From positions 169,774 to 233,773 of the forward strand of contig SVHM01000001.1 in NCBI GenBank assembly GCA_015055815.1: a stretch of DNA of 64,000 bases, written 5' to 3'. A program made the position numbers and the translations under genes. Positions 27,616-36,950 of this stretch are shown here, one piece after another. The DNA comes from Clostridiales bacterium (GTDB lineage: Bacteria > Bacillota > Clostridia > Christensenellales > UBA1242). Below the pieces are notes generated by a model. It searched no databases. It was not told the origin of the DNA and was given only the letters and a program-made list of their open reading frames with translations. How positions within the stretch are numbered: position 1 is the first letter of the stretch; the number at the start of each line of letters is the position of its first letter.

Positions 27616-27862
27616 AAAAAATCACCCTTTAAATTACATAAATATTATACCATATGAAAGGGATAATAATCAACAAAAATTTTTAAAATTTTTAGTATAA
27701 AAAATACAGACAATTTTACTTTGATTGTTCAAAATTTTCAAAATATCTCTTACACAATAACAAAACATAAAACCATAGTTTTTATATAAAAAATTAAGTA
27801 AAATTAACAACATTAAGCTATGTTACTGTCAGTAACCACCAATCATAAGACAATAACACAAC

Positions 27863-27895
27863 AAAAAAAGACTTTTAACCACAAAGTCAAAAGTC
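27863..27895 (-). terminator. terminator after rnpB
   Basis: Minus strand reads GACTTTT-gactttgtggtt-AAAAGTC followed by TTTTTTT. Confidence 0.6.
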
Positions 27896-27897
27896 AA

Positions 27898-28228
27898 TTA
27901 GCCAGACTACAAATAAGCCGAGTTCTGTATTATGATGGTTATCTATCTAGAATTATAATCACTTATAATTTCAAGCGGTGTAACGAAAGGCTAGCGACCA
28001 ACTAATAGCACCTTTCAACCTTGCATCAGATGGGGTTTACACAATCATATAGTTACCTATACAATTAGTAGGTCTTAATCTACTATTCCACCTATCGCAC
28101 TTTCATGCTGTTTCTTTTCTGTTGCACTTTCCTTAGGGTTACCCCCAGCAGTCGTTAACTGCCATCCTGGTCTATGATGCTCGGACTTTCCTCAAGAATA
28201 ATCTTGCAACCATCTCTGTATCTGACAC
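27898..28228 (-). ncRNA. rnpB: RNase P RNA, bacterial class A
   Basis: - Minus strand contains GAGGAAAGTCCGAGC (28197..28183), AAGTGCAACAGAAA, GTAAACCCCATCTGATGCAAGG, CTTGA...CTAGATAGATAACC, and ACAGAACTCGGCTTAT (27927..27912).
- P4 pairs AAGTCCGAG with CTCGGCTT.
- P2 pairs GATGGTT with AACCATC.
- P1 pairs GTCAGATACAGA with TTTGTAGTCTGGC, which puts the ends near 28226 and 27901. Confidence 0.9.
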
Positions 28229-28281
28229 ATACATTATATCACATATTAAAAAAATAATCAATATTTATAATCAACAACAAT

Positions 28282-28977
28282 TTAATAATCTTTTCTATTA
28301 AGTTTTAACCTTAAAGTCTCAAGTGATTTTTTTTCAAGTCTAGATATATAACTTCTGCTAATATTAAGCTTATCAGCAACTTCTTGTTGAGTATATACAA
28401 CACCACCATTAAGTCCATACCTTAAACACATTATCTCATATTCACGCTTATTTAAATATTTCATTAATACATTATTAAGTTTTGATGACATGAATTTATT
28501 CTCAACAATTAGTTCAATATTTTCATTATTATCATAATTCAAATCGCCAATTGTTATTTCATTATCTTCATCGTCAGCACCCAAAACATCTTCTATACTA
28601 ACATTATTTTTATGTTTTTTATTAGCTCTTATCAACATAAGTATTTCATTTTCAATACACCTAGCAGCATATGTACTAAATTGCGTTCCATGTCCCAATT
28701 TATATGTGTTTATAGCTTTTATAAGACCTAACGATCCAACAGAAATTAAGTCATCCGCTTCTTCCGATTGACTATACTTTTTAACAATATGAGCAACAAG
28801 CCTTAGATTTCTATGTATAAGTATCTCCTTTGCTTTTTCATCACCATTTTCTACCTTAATTAGCATCTCCTCTTCTTCCTTGGGTGTTAATGGTTTTGGA
28901 AATGAAGAATTATTATTTATGTAAGACGAAAACAACATAATCTTTTGCATAAACATCATAAAAGTTTCAACTATCAT
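28282..28977 (-). CDS. sigK: sporulation sigma factor, pro-sigmaK type (uninterrupted)
   Basis: 231 aa. SYINNNSSFPKPLT after a hydrophobic pro-sequence, LRLVAHIVKKY, STYAARCIENEILM, ISRSYISRLEKK. These match my recollection of B. subtilis SigK better than SigE (LVVYIARKF, ATYASRC). Confidence 0.75.
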   Translation of the reverse strand: MIVETFMMFMQKIMLFSSYINNNSSFPKPLTPKEEEEMLIKVENGDEKAKEILIHRNLRLVAHIVKKYSQSEEADDLISVGSLGLIKAINTYKLGHGTQFSTYAARCIENEILMLIRANKKHKNNVSIEDVLGADDEDNEITIGDLNYDNNENIELIVENKFMSSKLNNVLMKYLNKREYEIMCLRYGLNGGVVYTQQEVADKLNISRSYISRLEKKSLETLRLKLNRKDY

Positions 28978-29349
28978 ATACCACCCCTACATGTAATATA
29001 TGTTGAAATTTGTCGTTTTTTGCCTGTCCACACAAAATATTTGTATGTATATTTATTATATTTTGATTATATATATGCAACAATCAGCATTCCAAAACCA
29101 CATTTGCAATTTATATTTATTAATAATTATGTATATTATTACATTATTTTCTTAGATTTGTCATTTAAATTATTTTATTATTATACACATTAATGTATAT
29201 TTATAATCACATTTCAGCACCTATTAATATTATTAACAATAACTTATATCTGCATATTTATTTATTATTATGTATATTTATAATTTACTACCACCAAAAA
29301 AAGAAGCAAAATCGCTTCTTGTTTTTCATTTTCCAAATTTAATTTTATA

Positions 29350-30546
29350 TTATCTTCTCAAAATATCACCTTTTTTAAGATTTAAATCAGTTTTAATATA
29401 TAAAAGTTGCTGAACAAGGCTTGCATCAAGAACTTCATCACCCTTTTCGTCTTTCATACAATCAATCTTAATTTTTTTATTAAACGTTTCATCTGGAGAA
29501 AGAACTTCCAGCTCATCACCCACTTTAAATCTATTTCTTTGCTCCACACACACAAAACCATCACAAGTATCTTCTTTAACAATTGCCATAAATTCAGAAG
29601 TTTGAATTGGCATACTACTTTCCAAATATTCTTTATCTTTAGCACCAAAGAAAAATCCTGTGGTATAACGTCTATGACTAACTTTTTCAAGTTCTTCTAG
29701 ATACAAATTATTAAACGGCCTTTCGTTAACAATATCATCAACAGCCCTTCTATATGAATTTACCACCGTTGCTACATAGAAAGGACTTTTCATTCTTCCT
29801 TCAATTTTAAACGAATTGACACCAACATCAATTAATTCCTTTAAGTGTTCAATCATACACAAATCTTTACTATTTAGTATGTACGTACCCCTTTCATCTT
29901 CTTCAATACCATAATGTTCGCCATCACGTGACTTTTCACAAATTGAATACTCAAACCTACACGCTTGAATACAAGCACCCCTATTACTATCTCTTCCAGA
30001 TAAATAATTTGATAGCAAACATCTTCCAGAGTACGAAATACACATTGCACCATGAACAAACACTTCTAATTCAACATCACTTGGAATAAAATCTCTAATT
30101 TCTTTAATTTCCTGTAATGACAATTCCCTTGCAAGAACAAGTCTTTTTGCACCCATATCACAATAAAATTTTGCTATATATTTATTAGTTATATTTGCTT
30201 GGGTTGACATATGCAACTCAAGGTCTTTTGCTACATTTTTTGCAATATTCATAATGCCAATATCGCTAACAATTATTCCATCAACACCTATTTCATTTAG
30301 ATATTTTAAATAATCTTCCAAACCATCAAAATCACTATTGTGAGCCACAATATTAATAGTTACAAACACTCTTTTATTTATACCATGAGCAAATTCAACC
30401 GCTTCTTTTAATTCTTCCAACGTAAAATTATCAGAAAAAGCCCTAAGTCCAAATTTTTTGCCAGCCAAATAACAAGCATCTGCACCAAATTTAAAAGCTG
30501 TCTTCATTTTCTCCATATTACCAGCAGGAGCTAATATCTCAACCAT
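29350..30546 (-). CDS. yrrO: U32-family protein, YrrO/TrhP-like (tRNA U34 hydroxylation pathway)
   Basis: 398 aa. Colinear with B. subtilis YrrO as recalled: ILAPAGNMEKMK, FGLRAFSDNFTLEELKEAVEFAH, HGAMCISYSGRCLLSNYLSGRDSNRGACIQACR. Adjacent to a trmR-like gene. Confidence 0.8.
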   Translation of the reverse strand: MVEILAPAGNMEKMKTAFKFGADACYLAGKKFGLRAFSDNFTLEELKEAVEFAHGINKRVFVTINIVAHNSDFDGLEDYLKYLNEIGVDGIIVSDIGIMNIAKNVAKDLELHMSTQANITNKYIAKFYCDMGAKRLVLARELSLQEIKEIRDFIPSDVELEVFVHGAMCISYSGRCLLSNYLSGRDSNRGACIQACRFEYSICEKSRDGEHYGIEEDERGTYILNSKDLCMIEHLKELIDVGVNSFKIEGRMKSPFYVATVVNSYRRAVDDIVNERPFNNLYLEELEKVSHRRYTTGFFFGAKDKEYLESSMPIQTSEFMAIVKEDTCDGFVCVEQRNRFKVGDELEVLSPDETFNKKIKIDCMKDEKGDEVLDASLVQQLLYIKTDLNLKKGDILRR

Positions 30547-30550
30547 AAAT

Positions 30551-31156
30551 CTACCCCTTTAGCCTTGTTATTGCCAAACCATCTTCTAAATGAAGCAATT
30601 CTGTTTCATAAGGATGTTTTGAAACAACTTCAAGGTATTTTCTCAAATTAACAACCATAGTTCTTTTTCTATGCGGAATTTTTTCTGTACTTTCAACCAT
30701 TCCTTGCAAAAGCACATTATCCGCAAGAATTACCCCACCAGCATTTAATAAACTTGTCAAAACTGGCAAATAATTTATATACTGACCTTTAGCACCATCT
30801 AAAAAGATCATGTCAAATTTTTCACCGTCTTGACTTAAACTTTCTATAAGATTTTTTGCATCATTGCAATAAACCCTAACCCTTTCGGAATACCCCAATT
30901 CAGAAAAAACATTATTGGCATAGTCAATAAGTTTTTCATTTTTATCAACAGTAGTCAACTTTGAATTGCAAGCAGAAAGCATTATACTTCCCGAATATCC
31001 AATCGCCGTACCAATTTCTAAGATATTTTTAAAGTTATTTTTTTCAACAAAATCATACAAAAATTTCGCCGACTTGTCTCTAATAATTGGCACAAAATTT
31101 TCTTCAGCAAAAATCTTGGCATCCGATAATTTTTCCATTAGTTTTTCAAACGTCAT
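30551..31156 (-). CDS. trmR: SAM-dependent O-methyltransferase, TrmR/YrrM-like
   Basis: 201 aa. ILEIGTAIGYSG SAM motif, FLDGAKGQY, LADNVLLQG, EDGLAIT. yrrM-yrrO-type adjacency. Confidence 0.7.
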   Translation of the reverse strand: MTFEKLMEKLSDAKIFAEENFVPIIRDKSAKFLYDFVEKNNFKNILEIGTAIGYSGSIMLSACNSKLTTVDKNEKLIDYANNVFSELGYSERVRVYCNDAKNLIESLSQDGEKFDMIFLDGAKGQYINYLPVLTSLLNAGGVILADNVLLQGMVESTEKIPHRKRTMVVNLRKYLEVVSKHPYETELLHLEDGLAITRLKG

Positions 31157-31167
31157 CTTTAACCACC

Positions 31168-32838
31168 TTATTTTGTTTCAATAATTACTGGTAAAATTAG
31201 CGGTTTTCTCTTAACTTTCTTTAAGAAGAATGTTTGAAGAATTTTTCTTATGTTGTTTTTAATAGCAGTCCAATCTTGAGTTTTAAAGTTAGTCGCAATT
31301 ATACTTTCAAGCACCAAATCTTTTGCTTCTTCCAAAATTTCTTCATTACCTTTTAGCAGTAGAAATCCCCTTGTAATAATATCAGGCTTTGAAGTAAGCG
31401 ATAAAAATTTAGATGAAATTGTAATTGTGACAACACAAAAACCTTCACTTGCAAGTTGCATTCTATCTCTTTGAATAATACCACCAGCATCAGAAATATC
31501 ATAACCATCTACAAGCTTTATACCACTATGAACGGTACCTATTTTCTTAATTGCGTTTTTATTAATTTGAATTGTATCACCCATTTCAGGAATTAACATA
31601 TTTCTGTCATTCATTCCCAAATCTCTAGCAATATTACAATGAGCCCTTAAATGTCTATATTCACCATGAACAGGAATAAAGAACTTTGGTTTTAAAATTG
31701 TATGAAGTGTTTTTAATTCTTCTTGGTAAGCATGACCACTTACATGAACTTCTGCAAGTGATTCATAAATAATATTTGCACCCTTAGAATATAAAAGATT
31801 AATAACATTATTAATTTCTTTCTCGTTACCAGGAATAGCAGAAGATGAAAAAATTACATAGTCATTTGTTCCAATTTCTATTCTATTAAATTCACCATTT
31901 GCCATTCTAGCAAGCGCACTATTTTCTTCACCTTGACTACCCGTACACAAAATACATAATTGCTCATCAGTATATTTATCTATATTATTTACATCAACTA
32001 CTATATCTTTGTTAAATCTAAGTTCACCAATCTTAGCAGCAGTTTCACAAATATTAAGCATACTCCTACCAGTGAAAATTATTTTTCTATTATACTTTTC
32101 ACAGATATTTAAAATTTGCTGTATTCTATGAACATTACTAGCAAATGTAGCTATAATTATTCTTCTTTTTTGGTTTTGTATAAATAGATTATCAAGCGTT
32201 GCACCAACCTTTCTTTCACTCATACTAAATCCAGGTCTTTCCGCATTTGTACTATCAGCAGTTAAAAGAAGAACTCCCTTTCTGCTAATTTCTGCAAGTC
32301 TAACAAGATCCATAGCATCGCCATCAATCGGTGTATAATCAAGTTTAAAGTCGCCAGTATGAACATAAGTTCCAACTGGAGTGGTAATAGCAAGCGCCAT
32401 AGCACCACTTATACTATGAGTAACTTTCAAAAACTCAATTTGAAAAGAACCAAGCTTAATAATTTGTTTTGGTTTTACTGCAATAGGCTTACATTTAACT
32501 TTCCTATGCTCTTTTAGTTTATTTTCAATAAGTGCAACACTCAATTTACTTGCAAAAACAGGAACTCCTGGTAAGTCTTGCAAAACATATGGTAACGCAC
32601 CGATATGGTCTTCATGACCATGAGTAATCAAAATACCCTTTATTTTTTGTCTATTATTTATTAAATAAGTTATATCTGGAATTACGATGTCCACACCCGG
32701 CATGTCATCACTAGGAAAAGCAAGACCACTATCTATAATAATTATTTCATTATTATATTCAAGTGCCATGATGTTTTTACCAACTTCTCCAACACCACCC
32801 AAAAAAGACAACTTCATTCCTAATTGTTGTTTATTCAT
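31168..32838 (-). CDS. rnj: ribonuclease J
   Basis: 556 aa. Metallo-beta-lactamase/beta-CASP: ITHGHEDHIG, HTGDFK, ATFASNVHRIQQ, CTGSQGE, HVSGH, PVHGEYRH. Confidence 0.95.
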   Translation of the reverse strand: MNKQQLGMKLSFLGGVGEVGKNIMALEYNNEIIIIDSGLAFPSDDMPGVDIVIPDITYLINNRQKIKGILITHGHEDHIGALPYVLQDLPGVPVFASKLSVALIENKLKEHRKVKCKPIAVKPKQIIKLGSFQIEFLKVTHSISGAMALAITTPVGTYVHTGDFKLDYTPIDGDAMDLVRLAEISRKGVLLLTADSTNAERPGFSMSERKVGATLDNLFIQNQKRRIIIATFASNVHRIQQILNICEKYNRKIIFTGRSMLNICETAAKIGELRFNKDIVVDVNNIDKYTDEQLCILCTGSQGEENSALARMANGEFNRIEIGTNDYVIFSSSAIPGNEKEINNVINLLYSKGANIIYESLAEVHVSGHAYQEELKTLHTILKPKFFIPVHGEYRHLRAHCNIARDLGMNDRNMLIPEMGDTIQINKNAIKKIGTVHSGIKLVDGYDISDAGGIIQRDRMQLASEGFCVVTITISSKFLSLTSKPDIITRGFLLLKGNEEILEEAKDLVLESIIATNFKTQDWTAIKNNIRKILQTFFLKKVKRKPLILPVIIETK

Positions 32839-33093
32839 ATATATCTCCTAAAAAATTATTAATAAAATTAAAAATACAAATATGCACACTTATCCCGTTA
32901 TAACAAACACGAAAAAAAGAGGCAAGTGTTCCACATATTTTATAAAAATCAATATATCAAAAATATCCACATTATTTTTGAATATAAAAATATTAAACTA
33001 ACTTTATTAAATATAATATACTATATCTAATCTAAAAAATCAATAATTTAAAAATAAATTTAATATTTTTTTAAATTTTTAATACATAAACCA

Positions 33094-33118
33094 ACAAAAA
33101 AAACACCCTAAGGGTGTT
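33094..33118 (-). terminator. terminator after the polytopic membrane protein gene
   Basis: Minus strand reads ACACCC-tta-GGGTGT followed by TTTTTTTT. Confidence 0.65.
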
Positions 33119-34068
33119 TATACTATATATTTCATATCATTAAGTTTATCTGAAATTTCTTTTTTCTTTGGGGTTATTACGTTATAAATATCAACATAAT
33201 ATCTCATACCTTGACCTTCATATGCGCATATCATACCATAAACATTATAAAGAAGATATGAAATCGGAATAGATATCAAAAGTCCCATAAACAATGTAAA
33301 TACACCAAGTATGAAGTTTAGTAAAAATACTGTTATAATTACCCCTACCATACCTGAGAAAACTCTTCCAAATCTTTTACCTAGCATCTTCACACTATAC
33401 TTTAAAGATTTAAAAACACCATAATTCATAATAACATAAGTTGGTACCCACATTACAAATACCGACTGAATTAATGAAATTAACAAAATAAATGCAATCA
33501 GCAAAACTATAATAGCAACAACAGATACAACCCAAGAAATACTAAACAACTTAAAGCTTAGTAAAAATAAATAACAAATAGCAAATTTAAACGGCAATGT
33601 TACAATATAATAACATAGTTGAATTTTTACGTTTTTACCAAAAGTATCACTAAAACTAGCGTAAAATCCCCTTTTATTCATACTTCCCATATAGAAATTA
33701 AGAGAATTACAAAGTGGCATTGTAACTAGATTTCTAGAAAATATTTCAAAGAAAGCAAATACAAGAGCAATTCCCAAAAAACTAAACCAAATAGTAGACA
33801 TATGACTAGTAATTGTTGCAAATACATTATTTACCATATCTCCAAGCGAAGTCATAAGTTCAGTTAAATTCAAAGTAGTCAAAAAGTCGGTATATACCTG
33901 CACCATATTAGAAAATACACCCGAATTAACAAGCATTACATAAATAGGATTAATAGCCAAATACAAAAAGAAAATAGAAATAGCAGACACAATCAAAAAA
34001 TAAAGCATCATTTTCCACACATGCTCAAAATTCGAAAATAAAATTTTTACTGAATTTCTATAGTTCAT
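33118..34068 (-). CDS. polytopic integral membrane protein, function unknown
   Basis: About 316 aa from ATG 34068 (AGGAGTGG Shine-Dalgarno). At least 6 long hydrophobic segments. Own terminator and separate transcription unit from the phage-like module. Confidence 0.6.
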   Translation of the reverse strand: MNYRNSVKILFSNFEHVWKMMLYFLIVSAISIFFLYLAINPIYVMLVNSGVFSNMVQVYTDFLTTLNLTELMTSLGDMVNNVFATITSHMSTIWFSFLGIALVFAFFEIFSRNLVTMPLCNSLNFYMGSMNKRGFYASFSDTFGKNVKIQLCYYIVTLPFKFAICYLFLLSFKLFSISWVVSVVAIIVLLIAFILLISLIQSVFVMWVPTYVIMNYGVFKSLKYSVKMLGKRFGRVFSGMVGVIITVFLLNFILGVFTLFMGLLISIPISYLLYNVYGMICAYEGQGMRYYVDIYNVITPKKKEISDKLNDMKYIV

Positions 34069-34151
34069 AACCACTCCTATCACAAATAGAATAACACAAT
34101 TTAAATAATTAATCAATAAGATTATTATCTTAAATAACAAATTATTTCATT

Positions 34152-34177
34152 AAAAAAAGGTGGCATAACACCACCTT
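34152..34177 (-). terminator. terminator closing the phage-derived late operon
   Basis: Minus strand reads AAGGTGG-tgttatg-CCACCTT followed by TTTTTTT. The stem overlaps the holin stop codon. Confidence 0.7.
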
Positions 34178-34418
34178 ATTTATTATCTTTTTTAATATCA
34201 TCCAACAATTCTTCAGTTGAACTATTTTGACTATCCGAAACTTTCTTTTTACTAACAAAACCAAATGAAATTAAAATAGCGCAAATTGCAAGTACCAAAT
34301 CTTGAATACCATCAGAATAAATTTTAATATCCAAAATTCCCGAAATGGCATTTACAATTAGCCCAATAATACCACTCAGTTCTAACCAAAATGATGTAGT
34401 TTTTAATTTATCCTTCAT
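34176..34418 (-). CDS. holin-like protein (2 TM, charged C-terminus)
   Basis: 80 aa. TM1 FWLELSGIIGLIVNAISGIL, TM2 LVLAICAILISFGFV, then a KKK/acidic tail. Last gene of the phage-like operon. Confidence 0.55.
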   Translation of the reverse strand: MKDKLKTTSFWLELSGIIGLIVNAISGILDIKIYSDGIQDLVLAICAILISFGFVSKKKVSDSQNSSTEELLDDIKKDNK

Positions 34419-34445
34419 TTTTTTCCACCTTTTTACTTCTTAATA

Positions 34446-34664
34446 CTACTTTTTTACTGTCAAGTTTTCTTTAATTTCTTGAACATCTTCCTTAACAGAC
34501 TTTACAATCTCCAAAGCATTACCCAATTGAGCAATAGTATCTTGATACCTATTCTCCCTTGTTTTACTATCCCTTAATTGATAAATAAGCAAACCTAAAA
34601 AAAGTACAGCAAATAAGCCATTACTTATAGCTAAATTAACTATTTGTTCCCACATAATCATCAA
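34446..34664 (-). CDS. BhlA/UviB-family holin-like peptide
   Basis: 72 aa. A single TM (GLFAVLFLGLLIYQL), then RDSKTRENRYQDTI and a coiled-coil tail. Resembles BhlA (GPFAVLFCWLLFYVMKTSKERE...) as I recall it. Confidence 0.65.
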   Translation of the reverse strand: MMIMWEQIVNLAISNGLFAVLFLGLLIYQLRDSKTRENRYQDTIAQLGNALEIVKSVKEDVQEIKENLTVKK

Positions 34665-35331
34665 TTCTACATTTTATAATGGGATATTTAATCATTAATT
34701 TTTTAAGTTCATCATTACTTATCAACTTATTAATATTACATTTATTTAAAAGATTATCTAAGACAGTACCAATAAGCCCCATGCGATAATTATTTATAAA
34801 TTTCTCACCAAACATCACAATAAGTTTCTTTTCATCAACGCAATCATCATTTTTCATATCTTTTAAAATATTTGAAAAATTAGTCATTTTTTCAGCATAT
34901 GCCTTTTCTTTAGAATTTATCTCATTATTAATTCCCCTAATAGAACTTTTCTCAAAATCAAGTTTATTGAGTACATCATCTAAAGATTTTTTAATTTTAA
35001 TAGTCATAGGCAAATCAAATTTTTCACGTGCATATTTTTGTTGAGTTAAATATGCAGTAACAATAAAATTTAATTCTTTTAATTTATTCTTAAAGTTAAT
35101 TGATAGATTATTAAACTCTTCAATTTCACCTTTCTCAAAAGCACTCATATTGTTTATAACAATTTCGTCATCTTTAATGTCTCCAACAAAATCTGAAACT
35201 TCTATAGAAAAACAAAAATTATCAATAGACTTGATTTCATTTAACAACTTATCTTCAACACTTTGTAATCCATAATCTAAATCACTTTTTAATTTTTCAA
35301 TTATTTTTTCTTTAAATCGATTTTTTTGCAT
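34636..35331 (-). CDS. phage-module protein, helical/coiled-coil rich (candidate tail plug/needle; speculative)
   Basis: 231 aa. K/E/L/N-rich, no TM, no lysin motif. GAGGAAAG Shine-Dalgarno. 29-nt overlap with the bhlA-like ORF. Confidence 0.45.
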   Translation of the reverse strand: MQKNRFKEKIIEKLKSDLDYGLQSVEDKLLNEIKSIDNFCFSIEVSDFVGDIKDDEIVINNMSAFEKGEIEEFNNLSINFKNKLKELNFIVTAYLTQQKYAREKFDLPMTIKIKKSLDDVLNKLDFEKSSIRGINNEINSKEKAYAEKMTNFSNILKDMKNDDCVDEKKLIVMFGEKFINNYRMGLIGTVLDNLLNKCNINKLISNDELKKLMIKYPIIKCRIDDYVGTNS

Positions 35332-35444
35332 AAACTTTCCTCGATTAATTTGTTTTTTAATTTAATTTTAAAATTCATCTTCTTAATTTCATAGTAATTA
35401 ATATTCATACTTTTATTTTTATATTTATACATTAATATTTATAA

Positions 35445-36944
35445 TCATTCAACCATACCAACACTAAATGTCGGACCAACGATTTTAACTCCACTATCAA
35501 CACTTTCAATAGCCACAGAAATCTTTTTACATTTTAAATAAAGTGGTATTTTTTGATATCTATTACTACCCTTAAGCGAAATCACCTTATTTTTACCATC
35601 ATATTCAATAATTAATTTACAATCAGAAGCAGTCATAATAGTCAAATCTTTAATTATTTTATAATTATTTGAACCAAAATCAAAATTAGGAGACTTCCAT
35701 ATTTTATTTGTTGCATTTCCATTTAACATACCAGACATATCCACATTCCCAAACTTTGAAATGTTAGAAGTACTATCCAAATACGTAACAAATATAGTAG
35801 AATCGTAAATATCATGATATTCTGACATACTTTCAACTTGCACACCCCTAAGAATTGAAAACGTATAATCATTTACATCAATTTTCAAAAGTGCATTATT
35901 TTTTGAAATAACTCTATTTTCACTTCCGATTTTCTTATTATCATTAAAGTTCAATTTACAAGCCAAATAATAATAACCATCAGCATAACCACCAAGAGCA
36001 TCGTCATTAGCCATATTTTTAAACATAAAATCAAGACCACTTAGTATCTTCTTACTTTTCGTTCCATCGAACTCATATAGACCATCTAACGTTAGATATA
36101 TAATTTTAGTACCACAAACTGAAATTGTTTTATTATAAATATAACTATTTCCAACAAATATTTGATTTACCTTAAATAACTCTTTTTCATTGTTATACGT
36201 AATTTTAGCTATATTAAAATCTCTAAAAACATAAAGATAACCATTGAATGATAATAATTTTGAAGCCATACCACTTATATCATCAAATTCAATTACACCA
36301 ACACCTTCTGAAGTTGAAGAGAAATCTACAGGACTAACATCACTACTATAAAAAACCTTATCTCTATCATTGAAAGTTGTTATGAATAGCCTATCATATA
36401 TATAACACATACTACTAATTTTTTCAGAGTTATCTATTTTTTGGGCTTCATCATAAACTACGGACCATATATACATACCATCACTTTTAGATACAAACAA
36501 AGCCACATCACGATTATTAATTTTACACTGAGTTACAATCGGCCTTTGTGAAAAATTTATATTTGGAATTAATTTAAAGTTAACATTATCAGCATGCAAA
36601 TACTTGTAGTAGAAATTACCAGATTTCATATAAGCAATAATAAACATATTTGCATGAATAGAAGAGCCATCCCATTCATTGTATAAAAACAAACTATCAA
36701 ACTCTTCATTATCAGGGGGTACAAATAAATATTTGTCTTGAATATTGTCAGGTACAATTCTAAGTGGATTATTATTTATACCCAACCCATCACTCAAAAT
36801 CCCCTTGTCAAAAGAATAATTATATGCACATACTCCATCACTTAATCTTAACAATTCATCAGGTATATTTATATTTAAATTATTACTTAAAGGAAAACAA
36901 CTATATTCTTTGTAACCATACTTATTACTTTTTATTCTTTCCAT
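35445..36944 (-). CDS. phage-module structural protein with beta-propeller-like internal repeats (candidate tail hub/nozzle; speculative)
   Basis: 499 aa. Recurrent beta-strand motifs every 40-50 aa: DGMYIWSVVYD, DRLFITTFNDRDKVFYSS, NGYLYVFRDFNIAKITY, GTKIIYLTLDGLYEFDG, ADGYYYLACKLNF, ALLKIDVNDYTFSIL. Confidence 0.5.
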   Translation of the reverse strand: MERIKSNKYGYKEYSCFPLSNNLNINIPDELLRLSDGVCAYNYSFDKGILSDGLGINNNPLRIVPDNIQDKYLFVPPDNEEFDSLFLYNEWDGSSIHANMFIIAYMKSGNFYYKYLHADNVNFKLIPNINFSQRPIVTQCKINNRDVALFVSKSDGMYIWSVVYDEAQKIDNSEKISSMCYIYDRLFITTFNDRDKVFYSSDVSPVDFSSTSEGVGVIEFDDISGMASKLLSFNGYLYVFRDFNIAKITYNNEKELFKVNQIFVGNSYIYNKTISVCGTKIIYLTLDGLYEFDGTKSKKILSGLDFMFKNMANDDALGGYADGYYYLACKLNFNDNKKIGSENRVISKNNALLKIDVNDYTFSILRGVQVESMSEYHDIYDSTIFVTYLDSTSNISKFGNVDMSGMLNGNATNKIWKSPNFDFGSNNYKIIKDLTIMTASDCKLIIEYDGKNKVISLKGSNRYQKIPLYLKCKKISVAIESVDSGVKIVGPTFSVGMVE

Positions 36945-36950
36945 ACAACA

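Noticed and set aside
27820-28005. 61-aa plus-strand ORF
   Set aside because: It lies antisense inside the RNase P RNA gene and its terminator. It has no Shine-Dalgarno, and the region is explained by rnpB.
28282-28977. Possibility that the phage-like block is a skin-type element interrupting sigK
   Set aside because: sigK is a single intact 231-aa ORF. The phage-derived block lies more than 5 kb away, separated by yrrO, trmR, rnj and a membrane protein gene.
28945-29193. 82-aa plus-strand ORF in the sigK upstream region
   Set aside because: It begins inside sigK on the opposite strand and has Y/I/F/L AT-rich composition. The region is better read as sigK regulatory DNA.
35341-35420. Shared ATTAATTACT-TAT motif upstream of the 231-aa gene and in the 45.14-kb intergenic region, as a possible activator site
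   Set aside because: There are only two imperfect copies in extremely AT-rich DNA, so a chance match cannot be excluded without genome-wide statistics.
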